From NCBI RefSeq assembly GCF_039654945.1, contig NW_027361716.1, positions 11,904,001 through 11,968,000 of the forward strand: a stretch of 64,000 nucleotides of DNA, written 5' to 3'. The notes beneath the pieces were generated by a model that saw nothing but the letters and a program-made list of their open reading frames with translations, was not told the origin of the DNA and did not search any database. This document shows positions 60,129 to 64,000 of the stretch, piece after piece; positions within the stretch are counted from its first letter, which is position 1; every line of letters starts with the position of its first letter. Made by a program: the position numbers and the translations under genes. Source of the stretch: Dendrobates tinctorius (lineage: Eukaryota).

Positions 60129-61343
60129 TGTGGCACCCCTGAGGGTCTGGTCACCACAGAGGTACTGCACCTCATCCAGAGCTGTGGTATCCCACACTCA
60201 GGTAAGGAGGGAACACCACACAGGACTCCTATCACTTGCACCCAATACACACCAGACTGGCCAGGAAAGGGTGTTGGGAGGCAGGTGGGAATGGTAGGTA
60301 GAGTGGGAGGAGCTTAGCAGTGGAGTGATAGCTAGGCATCCAATCAGATTGAGGAAGGTGACAGTTGGTGGGAGGAGTTAGTTCTGAGGTAAATAGATCT
60401 TTCCAGAGGGTAGTCAGTTGGTGACAGGATAGCGGAGGAGCAGGACTGGCGCAATGAGAGTCTCAGTCAGTGAGAGAAACATCCAGAGGGAAGCTCCTGA
60501 GAGAAGAGAAGGGGCCTTTGGGGCACGGATCGTGCGTTAAGCCAACCGTGGGACCCGCATCCTGAAACGAGGACCAGGTCGCAGTGAGGAAGCCGGCCCC
60601 TCAAACTAGTGGAGTACTACAAGGCTCAGCTAGAAAGCCGGAGGCTGAGGTGACTTTAAGTACCTCGGCCACAACCGTACACATTCCTAGCAAAGGTGGC
60701 TGTAGAGGATCCCGGGGCCTGACCCCTGTCGCCTGGTGAGATCTGTGGCTGCCGGCTTGGGGACACTGTGTGCGAAGGCGCAGGGCAGGAGAGAGAGGAG
60801 TGAACAGCGCAGAGAGACAACCTAGAAAGGTTAACACAAGGAGGAGTCCTGAAAAGGTGAACCCAATCTACCTTGGAGTTGGCTGGACCCCTCTCCCAGA
60901 GGACACAGTACCAAGCGGGGATTCAAGTAACAAGAAACTTGTGAGTAAAAATCCAGAAACTGCACCCGACTGTGTCCTTTGTCTTCTTACATCTCTTCTG
61001 CCATACACCGCACTCAATATCACCATCACCGGCTCAACTGCCCTGGGACACCGCTCTACCTGTGGAGAGCTTTACCATCCCCGCTGCCCTAACACCGTCC
61101 CAGAGGATCTGCAGAGCAGCGTCGGCTTAACACCCGCATTGCCGAATACCACAGGTGGCGTCACGAATCCCCTTTTCCTAATTCATTTTCCTACCATCTT
61201 CCCTCAACATCTGAACTTCCATCATTGACATTGGACCCCCAGGGCCACGGACCAGGTCACCATCACCACCGTGACACACTTCCCCTTTGAAAGAGCCTGA
61301 AAGGCCCGGTTCCGAGTAACCCCCGGCCCCGCTGGGCACTCCA
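60129..61343 (+). mobile_element. Solo Gypsy LTR
   Basis: tgtggcaccc...gggcactcca; 4-bp TSD taaa; 3' part shares blocks with the LTRs of 11925-21445. Confidence 0.9.
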
Positions 61344-61903
61344 TAAACTGTAGAATACATTTCAATTAATTCCGAAACTTTTAAATGTGTTTTTTGATGC
61401 AAGCGACTGTTTATGTGGTTCTGCCACATTCCCAATATCCTTCACCTGGAGTCAAACTTCTGGTGTCCAAGATCAGACTGTGGCAACATCATAAGTGATT
61501 TCAAGTGATTTCTTGTTGTTGTCAAGAAACATTCCTGGTGAGTGCGGCCTCATTGATTTTTACCTGTTTTTGTATCTGCAGTCCTAAAAATTATAATGCC
61601 TGGTTTTCCTTTTTTTTCTAAGATTGTATTGTGAGCAGGGGTGCAAAGATTATGGTCGCAGAGGGGCCCAACAACACCAGCGCCTATTTCACCTTGTTGT
61701 GTGTCCTTGGACTAACATTAAGCCTAATTTTATTGTGGCACAGAGTTCTGCTTGTTCCATGCACCGCAATACATACTGCCAGCCAATTAGAGACTAGCAG
61801 CAGACGTAGGCTTGCCCGTCACAGGCAGAACATGGCAGCGGCATAAGCCGAAATCAGCTTCTGACTTTTGCACTGGCTATAGAAGATGGAGCAGGGAAGG
61901 TAA

Positions 61904-62891
61904 TGTAACACCCCTTTATGGCTACCACTGTACCCTGGGTGTTATGGGGGGTCTCACCTCTTCTGTACGCAGTGCCTCCACCCGAATCTTGATTGGAGCT
62001 CTGTCTCTGGGCTGCAGAAGGACAGTTATCTTCTGCCAGGGGCTGATTCGGGAAACCCCTGTCACAGCTCGGTACACACTCAGGAAGCAGGAGTAAAACA
62101 GTTTAGCAGATTTATTGCTATGAAGCAGAATTAAAATGGATTTACAGGAATAAACATACGATGTGATTAACTGTGCTCTATAAAAGTCATATACCCATCA
62201 CAGACTAATTAAACCCCGACCCTGCAAATATAACGTGGCCAATTCCCTCTCTTTTGCATTTACTCAGTCCGACCGTTGGGGCCCAGTTGCCGTGGATGTT
62301 GGAGCGCAAAGGAAGGTTGGCGCGCAAAGTAGAAAATGTAGGTGCACTTAAATGAATGTTGCTGTCAATAGTCTGGGTTGTAGTGTACTCACTGTAAGTC
62401 GCACTGATAGAATCACAAGTCTCAGCAGAACACTCACTGTGTCTCCAACAATCGGAGGATTCTTTAGACTCCAACTGAGGGCTGCAGGATTTAGACCTTT
62501 ATCCGATAGGAGTGCCGGCAGAACTCTCTGGATCTTTGCTCTCTCCGGCAACACTGTTATCTCCGCAGGGTCCCCCACACTCTGCAACTTAGGGGAATCA
62601 AGATCCACACTGCTCTGTTTCTCATAACCAGCAGCAGCAGTCACGTTTTCTCTCCTCTCCCTCTTTACTTTCACTTTCTCCTCAGCGTCCTCCCCCAAGT
62701 CCCTCCTCCTCCCTTCTTCTATCATTTCACTGGAACAAGGATCCCTGGGAGTTGTAGTCTTCTGCCACTCAGGAGAAAAATGATTAGTATCTGTAGGTCC
62801 CTGTTTAACAGCCACTGCAAAATTCTTCTTAGAGTCTGTAAGCTCCAGCATGCCGGTAGATGCTCTGACAGTTCCCTGTGCATGTGTTACA
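61904..62891. mobile_element. Solo LTR
   Basis: tgtaacac...gtgttaca; 4-bp TSD gtaa. Confidence 0.85.
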
Positions 62892-62921
62892 GTAAGAACA
62901 ATCATGTGTTTATTTTTATCA

Positions 62922-64000
62922 TGTGCTAGTGGGTCGCCCTCCCAGGGCTGTGGGGTACTCGGTACCGGGCCGGTCTCTCAGAGGGGATTGTCACAGCAGT
63001 GGTGACCCGGTCCGTGGCCCTGGGCGCCCATGTAAAAGGGGGGTATTGAATGGTGGAATAAAGTTGAATGATTCGTGACGCCACATGTGGTGTTAGGCAA
63101 GGGGGGTGTTAGGCCGACACTGCATGCATATCCTCTGGGACTGATGGTATGGCGCAGCAAAGATGTTATAGCGCCCCACAGGTGGAGCTATAGTCCCAGG
63201 GCAGTGTAGATAAGCGTTGTAGGACTGGTGCAGTGTAGGCACAGGGATGTAGTGGTGCAAGGTGTGTGGCGCAGGAATGAGTGGAGGACACCAGGGCATG
63301 TAGTTCCAAAGCTTTACTCACAGTCTGTTGTACAAACAGGTGCCTGCTTCCGTGCCGTGTCCTCCGGGCTAAGGACTCAGTCAACCTCCAGGCCAGATGG
63401 AATACTCCTTTCCAACACTCCGCCAACATGTGCCTTTCTGAACGTCTCCTCTTATAGCGCCTTTAAGTGAAGTACTCCTAGTACTGAGTTACACTGGAGT
63501 TCCTCCTGTCCGATGTTCTTATGAACTCTGCTTGTACAGCAGACAGCTGTAGCCTGCTTCGGGGACTCCTTGCTACTAAGTTCCGGCTCACTATCCAGTT
63601 GCTGTTGTGCCCCCACGTCTTGTGTGGTAATAAAGCGGTCACTACTTCTATTCCCCCGGTGTCTGCTGCAGGAGCATTAGTATCCATACAACCTCTGGGA
63701 CCGGGCCCCGGCCTTGCACTTAGAACTTCTAGGAAGGGTTCTCTTCTAACCCACATCCTCTGTTCTCTTTTGCTCCTCACGTTCTGTACTAATCTTTCTT
63801 TCTATGGAAAATCAGGCTTTCAGTCTATGTCGCTCTCTCTCTTCATTTCCTGTGCCAGCAGACCCAGGTCACTGGGATCTGCTGCAGCACTCCCATCCAT
63901 CTATCCCTCTCTCTGGGGATCTTCTTCTCTCTCCAAGTGAACAACAACTCTCCACCTAAACTCTTCCCGCTCTCTTTAATGCCACTAAGCTCCACCCACC
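62922..64000 (-). mobile_element. Gypsy LTR running off the window, same family as 4075-6043
   Basis: 63530-63940 closely matches 5350-5760; shared terminal blocks. Confidence 0.85.

Noticed and set aside
61040-61160. HDV-like ribozyme assignment for the LTR module
   Set aside because: Helix order and catalytic joining strand do not fit the P1-P2-P3-P1.1-P4 topology by eye
1-64000. Host protein-coding gene or exons
   Set aside because: Every recognisable ORF is TE-derived; candidate splice sites (e.g. gtgagt at 61538) flank no convincing reading frame. Small exons cannot be excluded.
1-64000. Uni-strand piRNA cluster
   Set aside because: Elements lie on both strands with no clear orientation bias

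Overview
Eukaryotic vertebrate DNA, most likely anuran (frog) judging by its repeat families. It is almost entirely nested transposable elements, and I can support no host protein-coding gene. Large elements: a decayed full-length Gypsy element (11925-21445, minus strand), an RT-deleted BEL/Pao element (35836-41257), a three-layer chromovirus nest (49638-58778) and a 4.8-kb piggyBac-like element with telomeric repeats and a ~390-bp array. Smaller repeats: several solo LTRs, Tc1, hAT, Harbinger-like, Kolobok/T2-like and pogo-like elements, L2 and CR1 fragments, tRNA-derived SINEs, and Penelope-type remnants with hammerhead ribozyme motifs. Most notable: (i) a conserved, covarying, apparently pseudoknotted RNA module with a second internal tRNA-Ser primer-site copy in the 3' part of five Gypsy LTRs from divergent families; (ii) a fold-back Tc1 made of two 5' halves; (iii) a satellite-2/retrozyme-like hammerhead element; (iv) a gag-pro-only self-priming element hosting a pol-only element; (v) several long palindromes that record template switching. 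All calls were made by eye; family assignments need database confirmation.
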